A stretch of 64,000 bases of DNA, taken from assembly GCA_903854335.1 (NCBI GenBank), contig CAINVY010000003.1, positions 21,955-85,954 of the forward strand. The letters are read 5' to 3'. Origin of the DNA: an uncultured Candidatus Peregrinibacteria bacterium. Its GTDB lineage: Bacteria > Patescibacteriota > Gracilibacteria > Peribacterales > Peribacteraceae. This document shows, piece by piece, positions 51,460 through 61,157 of this stretch. The translations under genes and the position numbers were made by a program. Below the pieces are notes generated by a model. The model worked only from the letters and a program-made list of their open reading frames with translations, was not told the DNA's origin and searched no databases. Each line of letters begins with the position of its first letter. Position 1 is the first letter of the stretch.

Positions 51460-52767
51460 ATGCATATTCGCGATCTCGCCGGCAAACGCATCTGTGTTCT
51501 CGGATACGGGAAGGAGGGTCGGGCGACCGTAAAGGCCCTCGAACACTTCGCTCCCGGCTGCAACATCACGATCTCTGATCAGAATCCGTCCGCCATCGAT
51601 CAGAATGTAACGCACGCGCATCAGGTCGGATCCGACTGGCTGAAAGATCTTGAGACATTCGATGTCTTGATCAAATCACCGGGCATCAAACCGATTCCTG
51701 AAATCGAAAAACATCGAGACCGTATCACCTCCGCCACGCAGATCTTCCTCGACTCCGTTGCGGGAACAGGTGCGCTCACGATCGGCGTCACGGGTTCGAA
51801 GGGCAAGAGCACGACCGCTTCACTTATCTACGCGATTCTCGCAGCCGATGGCCGCAAGGTCTTCCTCATCGGCAATATCGGCTTCCCCGCGCTTGAGAAA
51901 CTTGCGGATGCTTCCAAAGAAACAATCTTCGTGATGGAGATGAGCAGTTTTCAACTCCTAAGTACCGCGCGCAGTCCGCACATCGCCGTCATCACGAGCT
52001 TCTTCCACGAACATATCGATTACCACGGCAGCACCGATGCGTATCTCGAAGCGAAAGGAAACATCGTGCGCTTCCAGACGGATCAAGACATTGTCGTCTA
52101 TAACGCCCTGAGCGACGGAGCCAAGGAGCTCGCCCTCAAGAGCCAGGGGAAGAAGATCTCCTTCCAGCCGAGCGATGCTCCTCTCCCCATCGAGAAGACC
52201 AATCTCCTGGGTGCCCACAACCTCGGCAACATCGCCGCCGCGTTCAAGATTGCAGAAATTCTCCGCGTCCCGAAGGAAACATGCCTGAAAGTCTTTGAGG
52301 AATTCCACGGACTTCCCCATCGTCTGCAGTCGCTCGGTGTGATCGACGGCATCGAATGGATCAATGATTCGATTTCCACGAACCCCAACGCCGCCATCGC
52401 CGCACTCGACGCGCTGGGCGACCAAGTGGCCGTCATGATGCTCGGAGGTTATGACCGCGGCACGTCCTTCGCAGCGCTCGGAGAGCGTGTCGCCGCCTCC
52501 CACGTGCGCACCGTCATTCTTCTCGGACAGACCGGAAAGCGCATTCGCGAAGCCATCGAAAAGGCCGGATCAACAGTACAATTCCTCGAGGCAACATCGA
52601 TGGAAGAGGCCGTGAAGTTCGCAAAGGAGAATGTAAAGAATCACTGTTCACTTCCCACTGTGCACTGTCCACTCGTCTTACTCTCCCCTGCCTCTCCCAG
52701 CTACGACATGTTCAAGAATTTCGAGGAACGCGGAAAGAAATTCTTAGACGCGATCAAGCACTCCTGA
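51460..52767 (+). CDS. murD: MurD-family ligase (probably the L-Glu-adding MurD2)
   Basis: GYGKEG, KSPG, GVTGSKGKSTT, EMSSFQL, HRLQ, NDSISTNP, LSPASPSYD. Confidence 0.92.
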   Translation: MHIRDLAGKRICVLGYGKEGRATVKALEHFAPGCNITISDQNPSAIDQNVTHAHQVGSDWLKDLETFDVLIKSPGIKPIPEIEKHRDRITSATQIFLDSVAGTGALTIGVTGSKGKSTTASLIYAILAADGRKVFLIGNIGFPALEKLADASKETIFVMEMSSFQLLSTARSPHIAVITSFFHEHIDYHGSTDAYLEAKGNIVRFQTDQDIVVYNALSDGAKELALKSQGKKISFQPSDAPLPIEKTNLLGAHNLGNIAAAFKIAEILRVPKETCLKVFEEFHGLPHRLQSLGVIDGIEWINDSISTNPNAAIAALDALGDQVAVMMLGGYDRGTSFAALGERVAASHVRTVILLGQTGKRIREAIEKAGSTVQFLEATSMEEAVKFAKENVKNHCSLPTVHCPLVLLSPASPSYDMFKNFEERGKKFLDAIKHS

Positions 52768-52772
52768 GACGA

Positions 52773-53318
52773 TCACAACTGCGGTGCGTCTGTTGTTCCG
52801 TCTCCGGCTTTCACTTTCGCGGGACGGATCACCCGACCGTGGAGTTCGTACCCATCCTCAAGGACTTCCGTGATCTTCCCCTTTGGCCCCGGCCCCTGCA
52901 GGAGCACCTCATGCCGCGAAGGATCGATATCTTCGCCGAGGGCATCCATTTTCTTCAAACCCAAAGCCTCAACCTGTGTGAGGAGCGTCTGTTCGATCGC
53001 CGCCACGCCCTTCACCCATTCGTTCGTTTGGAGTTCGACAGGAAGATGGAGAAATGCGCGCTGAAAGTTGTCAATGACGGGCAGGAGACGAAGCAACACG
53101 CCCTCGGAGGCATATTTGCGCAGATCTTCGGCATCCTTCGCCATGCGAATCCGCGCGTTCTGGAGGTCCGCCTGCGCCCGCGCGGCCATCTCCGTGAGAC
53201 TCGCCACCTGTTCGGTGAGCTCTTTCATCTTGGCTTCGAGTGCCTCATCGGTTTGCCCCAATCCTTGGACAGGGGGATCTTTGGGAGTTTTCCCGGAAGG
53301 TTTCTTAGCATCGTGCAT
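52773..53318 (-). CDS. grpE: Nucleotide exchange factor GrpE
   Basis: RAQADLQN, LLPVIDNF, DPSRHE, GYELHGRVIRPAKV. Confidence 0.95.
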   Translation of the reverse strand: MHDAKKPSGKTPKDPPVQGLGQTDEALEAKMKELTEQVASLTEMAARAQADLQNARIRMAKDAEDLRKYASEGVLLRLLPVIDNFQRAFLHLPVELQTNEWVKGVAAIEQTLLTQVEALGLKKMDALGEDIDPSRHEVLLQGPGPKGKITEVLEDGYELHGRVIRPAKVKAGDGTTDAPQL

Positions 53319-53429
53319 ACTCTGAGCATACCAAATCGCTTCAATACCCGCTTGGAACTCTTTCCAAAAATCCCTTCAACCCGATCGAGTTCTCAGACAT
53401 AATCCGTAAGGTTTTCTTTCATGCCTTGT

Positions 53430-53505
53430 GTCACGGTAGCTCAGTTGGTAGAGCACAGGACTCATAAGCCTGGGGTCGCCGGTTCAATCCCGGCCCGTGA
53501 CACCA
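53430..53505 (+). tRNA. tRNA with CAT anticodon (elongator Met or Ile2), target of element 2
   Basis: GTCACGG...CCGTGAC-ACCA, loop CTCATAA; the paired 1-72 position argues against an initiator tRNA. Confidence 0.9.
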
Positions 53506-55187
53506 TACGGGTCACCAGAGTGATTATCGCTCTCGGTGGCCTTTGCGTGCTTTGGGATCAGAAACTCAATTCTGATGCGCTCAGGGAAGATTTCTATGCG
53601 TTTTACGAGTTCTTGGACGATGCGCCGCTTGGTTTCAAAGTCCAAGCTCAAGAGGCTCTTGGCGTAGCGTTTTGCGATCTCCTGCGCTGACATCAGACGG
53701 TCCTTCTTCTCATCCTCGTCCATCAGCTCGCTACAAATGCGATCACGTTCGAGAATCACTTTTTCCTTCTCGCCACGAACTTCCCTTCCCTTTGCCTCGA
53801 TTTTCCCTTCCTCTTGATACTTGAGGCCCTTCTCGTAGAGATTACAGGCTCGCAGATACTCTTGGTCGAGTTCCACAATCATTTGATCGCAAGCGTCGCG
53901 CTCGGCCGTGAGCTTGGGAATATCCAATGATTTTTGCTGTTCGGCTTGGACGCGTTCGATGAACGAACGCGGGTCTGCCAGTAAACCTTCGATCTCACTC
54001 CACACTTTCGCTTCCAGCACTTGCCCTGAAATCTGACGATTGTTGCAACGCTGAATAGCTTTGTCTGCGGTCTTCTTGCAACGGTAATTGCAGTACTTAC
54101 CGACAAGAACTTTCGCACCTTTCACCCGTTTCCACTTTGGCTGCATGTAGCCGCCATACGCCGATTTGCAATCTTCTCGCCCGCACCACACCTTGCCCGA
54201 GAGCAAATATTCATTCTTCACATTTCGAGGCTCAATTTGGGCAAGAAGTACCTGAGCCTTCTCCCACAATGATCTGTTGATGATCTGTGAGCAAGGGATG
54301 GCCCTCCACTCCTCTCTTGGGTTCGGGACATCCTTTTTCTTTTTGGTTTTAGGATCGCGTTTTGTTGTCCGTTTGTTGAAGTAGTAAATGCCCGTGTACG
54401 CTTCTTGTCGAAGGATGCGGGTGATCGTTTTGATATGCCAATAGTTCGGAGGATTCTTTTTGCGAAAACTCTCAAGGTCAGCTTTTTTCTTTTTTAACTC
54501 CACATATTTCTTATCGGCTTTGGTGGGAGTCTTCATTGCGTTGAGCCGCCGCTGGATTTCATAGGCAGTCATTCTCCGCTTTACATACCAATTAAAAACC
54601 TTCTTCACGATTTCTTCCTCCTCATGGTTCACAGACATTTTTTGCGTCTCCTTATCAACGTCATACCCAAAGGGCGGATATTTCCCTCCAACCCACTTCC
54701 CTGCTTCCGCCGCGGCTTCTCTCCCAGAAAATGTACGCTCAAGAATCAGATCTCGCTCCATTTCGGCAATGATGCCAAGCAATCCGATCATAAACCTTCC
54801 CATGTGCGTCGTGGTGTTCACTTCGGTCTGGGTCGTGGCGATGAACCCAACGCCGATTTCCGTGAGGTATTCAATGGCATTGAGCAGAAGCCTTGTCTTG
54901 CGAAAGAAGCGGTCGAGTTTCCAGACCATCACAACATCAATCTCTCCCTCCCTTGCAGCCTCGAAGAGTTTCGGCATCTCTTCTCGTTCATTGATCTCCG
55001 AGGCTCCCGAGTATGCGAGGTCCTTGTAGAGATGTTTCGGGTCGAAATCGTATTCGTCACTGTGTGCTTCGAGCCACTTGAGCATTTGCGATTTTTGCAC
55101 ATCAGCACCGTACTTTTCCGCTTGTTCATCGGTGCTCACTCGAATGTAAAGCGCAACGCGCTTTTTGGCTTTCATTACATCCTTCAT
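53484..55187 (-). CDS. Large serine recombinase (integrase) 2
   Basis: VALYIRVST, VWKLDRFFR, AEMERDLILER, PPFGY, Zn ribbon (WCGREDC..YRC..RC), coiled coil; stop in the tRNA T-loop; ATG 55187 is 7 nt below TATAAT. Confidence 0.95.
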   Translation of the reverse strand: MKDVMKAKKRVALYIRVSTDEQAEKYGADVQKSQMLKWLEAHSDEYDFDPKHLYKDLAYSGASEINEREEMPKLFEAAREGEIDVVMVWKLDRFFRKTRLLLNAIEYLTEIGVGFIATTQTEVNTTTHMGRFMIGLLGIIAEMERDLILERTFSGREAAAEAGKWVGGKYPPFGYDVDKETQKMSVNHEEEEIVKKVFNWYVKRRMTAYEIQRRLNAMKTPTKADKKYVELKKKKADLESFRKKNPPNYWHIKTITRILRQEAYTGIYYFNKRTTKRDPKTKKKKDVPNPREEWRAIPCSQIINRSLWEKAQVLLAQIEPRNVKNEYLLSGKVWCGREDCKSAYGGYMQPKWKRVKGAKVLVGKYCNYRCKKTADKAIQRCNNRQISGQVLEAKVWSEIEGLLADPRSFIERVQAEQQKSLDIPKLTAERDACDQMIVELDQEYLRACNLYEKGLKYQEEGKIEAKGREVRGEKEKVILERDRICSELMDEDEKKDRLMSAQEIAKRYAKSLLSLDFETKRRIVQELVKRIEIFPERIRIEFLIPKHAKATESDNHSGDPYGVTGRD

Positions 55188-55320
55188 AACACCCATTATA
55201 CATAGCTTATTGCTGAATATAAGCCATTTCTTCAATATGAACTCCAAGCTCGTTCAGCAATTACTATAGAGCCTAGGCAAAGCTCGAAAAAACCCTTAAC
55301 CAAGGATATATTATCTTCCA

Positions 55321-56214
55321 ATGAAAAGAAGTAGTGAAATAACCTCGTTGGCAAATTCCATTATGTTGGATATTACAGACAAAAAATTGCCACTCCATTT
55401 AGTAGCACTAAAGGCTTCTCGTCTCACTCGATTGCTCGATGATCCTGAATGGACAAAGTGGTTTGTCGAAAGTGCGAAATTAGCTGAGATCGAAGAATTT
55501 ATGGTTGGGTCGTTTGAGTGCAGCATGGATGCTGCAAAGGATCGCGAAGTTTCAGTTTCAAGCGCAAACCCGACTCAACATGTATTTACTCCCATGGGTA
55601 ATGTGTTTGAAAGGTCCGCTGTGAAGAAAGATGCAGAACAGAGCATTGCACATCTTTCTGAGGTTAGATCTGCCGTTTATATATATGCATCGAGTGTGTA
55701 TGCAAAATGGCAATTTGGGAATGTTGCAGAATCGATCTTTGAAAAAAGGCGTTCTGCGACTGATCAAGCCCTAAAAAATATATTCCCCGATGCGAACGAA
55801 AGATTGAATTCAATCGAGCAAAATTTGCAGAATGATTCACCAGAGGATTGGAAAAATGCCATTAACTCTTGTAGGACACTATTGATGGATTTGGCAGATG
55901 TGTTAAATCCTGCCAAAACTCCTGAGGAAAAGGGAAAATATTTAAATCGTTTAAAAGATTTTATTTCACCAAAAATCGACAGTGAATCAGTAAGAAGTTT
56001 GCATGTCTCCTATTTAGAAGAATTGAAAAACATTCTTGAGCAGGTGATTAAATCTACACAAGGAGGGGCACATCAAGAAAGACATTCTAAAAACATTGCG
56101 GAAACAATCGTTCTTCACACATATCTGATAGTGGCAAATCTGATGGAAATCCATGCCCTCTCGGGGGATCGCTCTGCTGCAAAAAAGATAGAACCTCCAC
56201 AGCCAGAACGATAG
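55321..56214 (+). CDS. AbiTii-like domain protein (putative anti-phage)
   Basis: N-terminal L..VALKASRL.RLLDD..W.KW; C-terminal WKNAINSCR.LL..LAD helical domain; AT-rich. Confidence 0.55.
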   Translation: MKRSSEITSLANSIMLDITDKKLPLHLVALKASRLTRLLDDPEWTKWFVESAKLAEIEEFMVGSFECSMDAAKDREVSVSSANPTQHVFTPMGNVFERSAVKKDAEQSIAHLSEVRSAVYIYASSVYAKWQFGNVAESIFEKRRSATDQALKNIFPDANERLNSIEQNLQNDSPEDWKNAINSCRTLLMDLADVLNPAKTPEEKGKYLNRLKDFISPKIDSESVRSLHVSYLEELKNILEQVIKSTQGGAHQERHSKNIAETIVLHTYLIVANLMEIHALSGDRSAAKKIEPPQPER

Positions 56215-56237
56215 TTTGTGAGGTTCACCGCACCGTT

Positions 56238-56783
56238 TTAAGGTTCTATTGGGAATTTTCTGTAACATTCATCAATGATGTTGTTTGTGAAACTATCGAG
56301 TTGGACTTTATATATACCAGTCGGCGTACAGTCGGATAAACCATGAGCATCGACCAAATGTAAATCACAATATGTCGTATTGGACGACTTCATACAGTTG
56401 TTATAAGCATTCAGCGCATCCGCGTGCATTTGATCACAAAGCGAGTATCGCTCATTATTAACTTTTGCTTCATTATCATAAAGACATTGTTGCAGTGGAT
56501 CACTCTTTGGGAGAGTCAGTTGAGCGGGTTCTTTAGGTTGAGCGATAGAAGATTTGGCATGGTATATTTTTGCTTGCGTTGCCTGTGGATCTTTCTGTCC
56601 CTTCTCCTTATTCTGTTGCTCCAAAACATCAATTCTCCTTTTCAATGCTTCGATCTCAGAATTACTGGAGACTGCTTGCGAAGAAGTCCCGCTGCCCTGT
56701 TGAGGAGGTGGAACTGCCGTTTGCTGATTGCTGCATCCGACGAGCAGCAATAGAGACGCAATAACTAATAGTTGTCTTGCCAT
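56238..56783 (-). CDS. Cys-rich lipoprotein
   Basis: Lipobox LVGC, short coiled coil, six further Cys. Confidence 0.7.
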   Translation of the reverse strand: MARQLLVIASLLLLVGCSNQQTAVPPPQQGSGTSSQAVSSNSEIEALKRRIDVLEQQNKEKGQKDPQATQAKIYHAKSSIAQPKEPAQLTLPKSDPLQQCLYDNEAKVNNERYSLCDQMHADALNAYNNCMKSSNTTYCDLHLVDAHGLSDCTPTGIYKVQLDSFTNNIIDECYRKFPIEP

Positions 56784-56809
56784 CAGCAGAGGATCCTACA
56801 CCTGATGTC

Positions 56810-57481
56810 TTAATGCTGAAAGAACTTCTTGAAGGTGCCAAGCCAATCTGTGGCAATCTCCTTCTGGGCTTCTGACAGAGACATGGAGCCGCTGCAAACG
56901 ACCCTGTGCAGGTAATTTTCCAACCTGTCCTTATCATGGAATCCTGGGGTCGGTGATGCGGCCTCCGGCCAGAGGTTCTTGATATCATTGCTACCGCCGA
57001 TCTCCAAGGGAATGAGGTGATCCACCTCGTACGTCGCTCCGCTGTGGACAGTGATGCCGTACTCCGCAAATACTTTGTTCCAAAGGGATTGAGGAACGTC
57101 CCTAACGGTCGTCGAATACCCCGATACACATATCTGCGCCTTGGTTGCGGTGTTGAACACGGCTCCTGGGGTACAAGTCGGGTCGGGTAATGCGCCGCGC
57201 ACCCTACAAACGTTTCCGACGCTCACACTCGTCGACGCTGAGGATGTGGCTCGTACGGACGCCACAGGCACCGTTACATGCCCTGTGGGCTGCGTTACAG
57301 GCGCGGGAGCGCTACACGACGGATAATACGGGGTGCACGTCTCTGAGAGAGATGTGCCGTCGGCGCAGCGGCATCCCGAGACGCCACCGTGATGCGAGCA
57401 ACAGCCGCTGTGAGCGAGAGCTGTTCCATGAACGAGCAACACGATGACGGCAGTAACAACGCAGATGGGTCGGACTCGCAT
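56810..57481 (-). CDS. Secreted HNH-like nuclease with N-terminal CCSHHGG Cys motif
   Basis: Signal peptide ALA; GCCSHHGGVSGC; YEVDHLIPLEIGGSN..NLWPE. Confidence 0.75.
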   Translation of the reverse strand: MRVRPICVVTAVIVLLVHGTALAHSGCCSHHGGVSGCRCADGTSLSETCTPYYPSCSAPAPVTQPTGHVTVPVASVRATSSASTSVSVGNVCRVRGALPDPTCTPGAVFNTATKAQICVSGYSTTVRDVPQSLWNKVFAEYGITVHSGATYEVDHLIPLEIGGSNDIKNLWPEAASPTPGFHDKDRLENYLHRVVCSGSMSLSEAQKEIATDWLGTFKKFFQH

Positions 57482-57499
57482 GGTTATACAAGAAGGAGA

Positions 57500-57886
57500 T
57501 TATTGCCCTGCCTCTGCTTTCATGAGCATCGTGGCACAGTCAATTTCGCTGAGATTGGAAGGTCCAAAGTATTTGTCGAGGCAATCATTGTATGCATCCC
57601 CTTCTGCATTGTACCGCTCTGTTTTCTTACAAATTGGATTGTTGGGGTTTTGGATGCAATCGATGCCATCGGTGTATCCCTTCACTGCAAGCTTATCCTT
57701 TATGCATTTTTTATCCCCCTCCTCGTTTGCTTTTACTTTCGCGATACAAGCGTTGTACCCCGAGCTTTCCCTGAGCGCGGCTTTCTGATCTTCCAATTGC
57801 TTCACCTTGTCTGCGGGTGAACTGCCGCAACCAGTGAGTGAAAGAAGAAGGAGTGGAAGAGTGATAAAAGTGAGGAAGCGATTCAT
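57500..57886 (-). CDS. Cys-rich lipoprotein
   Basis: Lipobox LTGC, six further Cys. Confidence 0.7.
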   Translation of the reverse strand: MNRFLTFITLPLLLLSLTGCGSSPADKVKQLEDQKAALRESSGYNACIAKVKANEEGDKKCIKDKLAVKGYTDGIDCIQNPNNPICKKTERYNAEGDAYNDCLDKYFGPSNLSEIDCATMLMKAEAGQ

Positions 57887-57940
57887 GGGAGAGGGGGAAA
57901 ATGAACTTCAAAAATGAAACGAATAAGAAAAGGATAATTT

Positions 57941-58585
57941 TCAAGATGCTCCTTTCCCACTAGACTTTTTTGTCGCAATCGAATTCATTTGATCAATAAA
58001 TGAATATGCATTTGGCAACTCTGCAACCTGCCAATAGCCATCCATCTGTCGCATACTGACATCAAGTATTAATACAGATTTAGTTTGAGGTTGGAAAAAG
58101 CCTAGTGTGACAATTGTGATTTTTCCGTCCGTCTTCGTACTAACAATGCCCTGAGGAAGTATCCCATCTTTACTAAAGAAATTAGCAAGATTGATACTTG
58201 TATCACCAGCGTCCAATTCGCTACCAGTTCCCGATCCTTTTTCAACAAACTGTTTTATTTTCTCCTCGATCATAGAATCAAGCTTTGGTTTCATTAACTG
58301 AATGAAGCTTTGTGCCAGACTATTCGCAAACTCATTTCCACCACTCTCTGCTTGTTGTTTCGCCATTGATTTAGATATTAATTGATCAACAAAGTGTGAG
58401 ATAGTGCTATCTAAATCTACGTATTTCTCAAATTTCGTAAGATCGTGCGCTTCAATAGCGCTGCGGACTTGTAAGAGTGAATAGCTGGGCGATTTTGTCC
58501 ATCGCAGGTAGAGAATGGATCCAACAATAACGATGCATACAGCGAGTATCGCAACACCGATATAGTGCGTTCGAGTAAGTTTCAT
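57941..58585 (-). CDS. DUF2939-like membrane-anchored protein
   Basis: TM followed by SPSYSL..AI..HD...FEKYVD. Confidence 0.65.
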   Translation of the reverse strand: MKLTRTHYIGVAILAVCIVIVGSILYLRWTKSPSYSLLQVRSAIEAHDLTKFEKYVDLDSTISHFVDQLISKSMAKQQAESGGNEFANSLAQSFIQLMKPKLDSMIEEKIKQFVEKGSGTGSELDAGDTSINLANFFSKDGILPQGIVSTKTDGKITIVTLGFFQPQTKSVLILDVSMRQMDGYWQVAELPNAYSFIDQMNSIATKKSSGKGAS

Positions 58586-58701
58586 AAATGCAGGGGGGAC
58601 AGCAATCGATTATACTCTAGCTAATGCCCTGTAAAGGCGTTCTATGCAACGATAGAACTATTGAAGGGCGGTCCATGGGAGAGGGAAAGTGACAGAATTT
58701 C

Positions 58702-59292
58702 TCAGAACGACTGCTTTGTCCCATCGGCAAAAATAATCTGTGATACGCGCCACGAAACTTTCATCGCAGAAAGGTCAATTGACGCAAGACGTTTGTCATC
58801 CTGATCAAACATATTAACACGAATAGTCCCGTTCCATTGTTTTGTCTCACCTACTTTTAAGCCTTCTTCAAATGTTGTATTAACTGACTTAATTGTACGA
58901 TCAAATAGATCACTGAAGGTGATCACGCCGATGAAGGCCTTGATATCCTTGTTTGCATTGTTTGTGTATTTGACTGAAGTATCAACGCTCTCTAGTTGAC
59001 CGATAGAATCACGCGTTGCATTCTTGCTAATAAAAGTCATCAATACGGGTGGATTCTCCTGCGGAGCTATTGGGACAACATTGTCTTGAGAACCTAGTTG
59101 CCCTGGATTATTGAAAGCATTTTGAAGCTGTGAAAGTCCCGTAGCAAAGGCTGATCGAATCTCGTACTTCACCTCCTCTCGACCAACAATAAATCCGAAA
59201 AAGAAGACGATCAGGAATGAGATTATGAGTGCTTCCCTTGGCTTCTCATGGGCAAATACTTTTGTTCGGTCAATCATCTGTTGAATCGTCAT
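58702..59292 (-). CDS. Membrane-anchored protein with Ig-like beta domain
   Basis: TM; N...KDIKAF.G...F.DLF pattern. Confidence 0.65.
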   Translation of the reverse strand: MTIQQMIDRTKVFAHEKPREALIISFLIVFFFGFIVGREEVKYEIRSAFATGLSQLQNAFNNPGQLGSQDNVVPIAPQENPPVLMTFISKNATRDSIGQLESVDTSVKYTNNANKDIKAFIGVITFSDLFDRTIKSVNTTFEEGLKVGETKQWNGTIRVNMFDQDDKRLASIDLSAMKVSWRVSQIIFADGTKQSF

Positions 59293-59398
59293 ATTATTAT
59301 GAAGGAAATAAGATTGAGGATAATTATCCTCGGCTCTCCTATTAAGCGCAATACATTGTGTTTTCGACGCAATAAGTCAAAACGGCTATAATATAGTC

Positions 59399-59872
59399 AT
59401 GTCGATTGCACTCTCAGAACATCGGCGGATCGCGAATAAAAACAACGCAAAGATCGAAGGTGTGGAGACGGCGGAAGGAAAGGAGGTCGTTCGATGGAAC
59501 ACACGCAAGCACCTGAGAAAGTATTCCAACCGTGGCAGACCCTCAAAACTCACACCCGCTGTTGTCAGAGAATTGGTGCGGTCTTTCAAGATTGGATTCA
59601 ATGTGACGGAAGCTTGTGAGGCTGCGGAAATCTCACGGGAGAGCTTCTATAAATATATGAGAGAAGATGAGGTTTTTTCTGACAAAATTACGCGTTCTCA
59701 GAATGATCTCGTCTTCAAAGCACACAAGGTCATCGCAGATGGCATTTACAAGAAAAAGGATTGGAGGCTCGCTTTGAAATTGTTGATAGTGCGCGACCCT
59801 GAGCATTACAGCCCGCGCTACATAATGAAGTTCGGCAAAAAATGTGAGTGTGGAAACTATCTCGGGGAATAA
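59399..59872 (+). CDS. HTH protein resembling a terminase small subunit
   Basis: RGRPSKLTP..V..L..G....EAC..A.ISRESFYKY...D..F; the assignment to TerS is inferred. Confidence 0.6.
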   Translation: MSIALSEHRRIANKNNAKIEGVETAEGKEVVRWNTRKHLRKYSNRGRPSKLTPAVVRELVRSFKIGFNVTEACEAAEISRESFYKYMREDEVFSDKITRSQNDLVFKAHKVIADGIYKKKDWRLALKLLIVRDPEHYSPRYIMKFGKKCECGNYLGE

Positions 59873-59875
59873 TCG

Positions 59876-60823
59876 GTGGGCTGCGTCGCTTGCTCAATAA
59901 AAGCCGTGTGTGATGGAGAGATAGAAGGTAATCTTAAAAGGCTTTCGATTGATGTAATGACCCGCTTTCTTCTACCAAGATGGCTGACGTCCTCTCGTCA
60001 AAAAATGAAATACTTTTGTTCAATACAAGAGGTACGCGATTTTATTTTGAATATGCGAACAAAATACAATTTGCCATACGACGGGGTGAGCACAGTGCGA
60101 GAAGGGAGAGACGCCGATGGTCATCGGTATGTAACGTTGCATACGCCAGAAACGTACTTCAATGAATTTGAAAAAGTTGCATTGTTTACTATGGAGTGCA
60201 TCGATTTTACAAAGCACTTTGATGGATTTCCTGCACCATTAAGTTATCCATTTGTCATGCACGTTCTCACAGGGAATTACGTTGGCAATGCAAGATATAA
60301 GGTGCGAGGAGCAATGATAATATCGGAAAGAGTCTGCCTACAGATAAGTGTTGGTGAGCCGTTGGACAAGAAGGACATGCACAAACTGAACACCCTTTTA
60401 GTAGAAGAACAGAAAAAAAATCCCACTCCCAAAATTGCTAATCAATCAAAGTACCACGTCCATGAGGGAATCTATCGAACACGGGAGTTGAAATTGAAGT
60501 CAATTCGCGTCGATGTTTTTTGTCAGCTAAACAACGATGATCGAAACGAATTGAACCGCATACTTGTGAGAAGAATCTCAGAAGCAGATTTTGAGAAGAA
60601 GCTCGAACCTTCTTTAGATGAGACGATAGAAATCTTACAAAAAAAGGCGAAGGACTCAAAGCTGACATTCTCTCAAATAGCTGCGGAAAAGTTGGCAACG
60701 AAAATGGGGAACGATTCGACAGAAGATTTTGATCGAAAAAGAGAAGCTGAGCTTGAGGATGAAGCTGGAAAACTGAGGACTCGCGCATCGCGGTTCCTAG
60801 CGAAACAAAAACAATTCAGATAA
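59876..60823 (+). CDS. Hypothetical protein (possible regulator)
   Basis: Long ORF with basic helical C-terminus; start uncertain. Confidence 0.65.
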   Translation: MGCVACSIKAVCDGEIEGNLKRLSIDVMTRFLLPRWLTSSRQKMKYFCSIQEVRDFILNMRTKYNLPYDGVSTVREGRDADGHRYVTLHTPETYFNEFEKVALFTMECIDFTKHFDGFPAPLSYPFVMHVLTGNYVGNARYKVRGAMIISERVCLQISVGEPLDKKDMHKLNTLLVEEQKKNPTPKIANQSKYHVHEGIYRTRELKLKSIRVDVFCQLNNDDRNELNRILVRRISEADFEKKLEPSLDETIEILQKKAKDSKLTFSQIAAEKLATKMGNDSTEDFDRKREAELEDEAGKLRTRASRFLAKQKQFR

Positions 60824-60889
60824 CAATCAAGGTGGATCAAGCCCTTTCAGCTATTTGTAACATTGCGCGTTTTCCGAATGGGACACTCA

Positions 60890-60913
60890 ACTTGACCCCG
60901 CGAGGGGTCAAGT
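60890..60913 (+). promoter_or_regulatory. 10-bp GNRA hairpin covering the ribosome-binding region
   Basis: ACTTGACCCC-GCGA-GGGGTCAAGT ends 1 nt before ATG 60915. Confidence 0.6.
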
Positions 60914-60914
60914 A

Positions 60915-61157
60915 ATGACCCAACTATTGAATCGATCACGGGCAAGGAGAACGTCCCCCATCACATCTGTTGACGATGTTGTTTGGGAGATCTTGTACAC
61001 CGAAGAATCGGAGGAGAGACAGCAAGCACTCGATGAGGTTTGCAGGATCATTTATGAACATGCCGTCACGCACGGCTTTTTCAAAGTGGAGGAGTCAATC
61101 GAGAAGCAGAACACCACACTCACTCCTTCATTTATTTCTTCCCCTCTGTGTCTATGA
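60915..61157 (+). CDS. Small hypothetical protein
   Basis: 80 aa; ATGA overlap with the SpoVG-like gene. Confidence 0.6.
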   Translation: MTQLLNRSRARRTSPITSVDDVVWEILYTEESEERQQALDEVCRIIYEHAVTHGFFKVEESIEKQNTTLTPSFISSPLCL

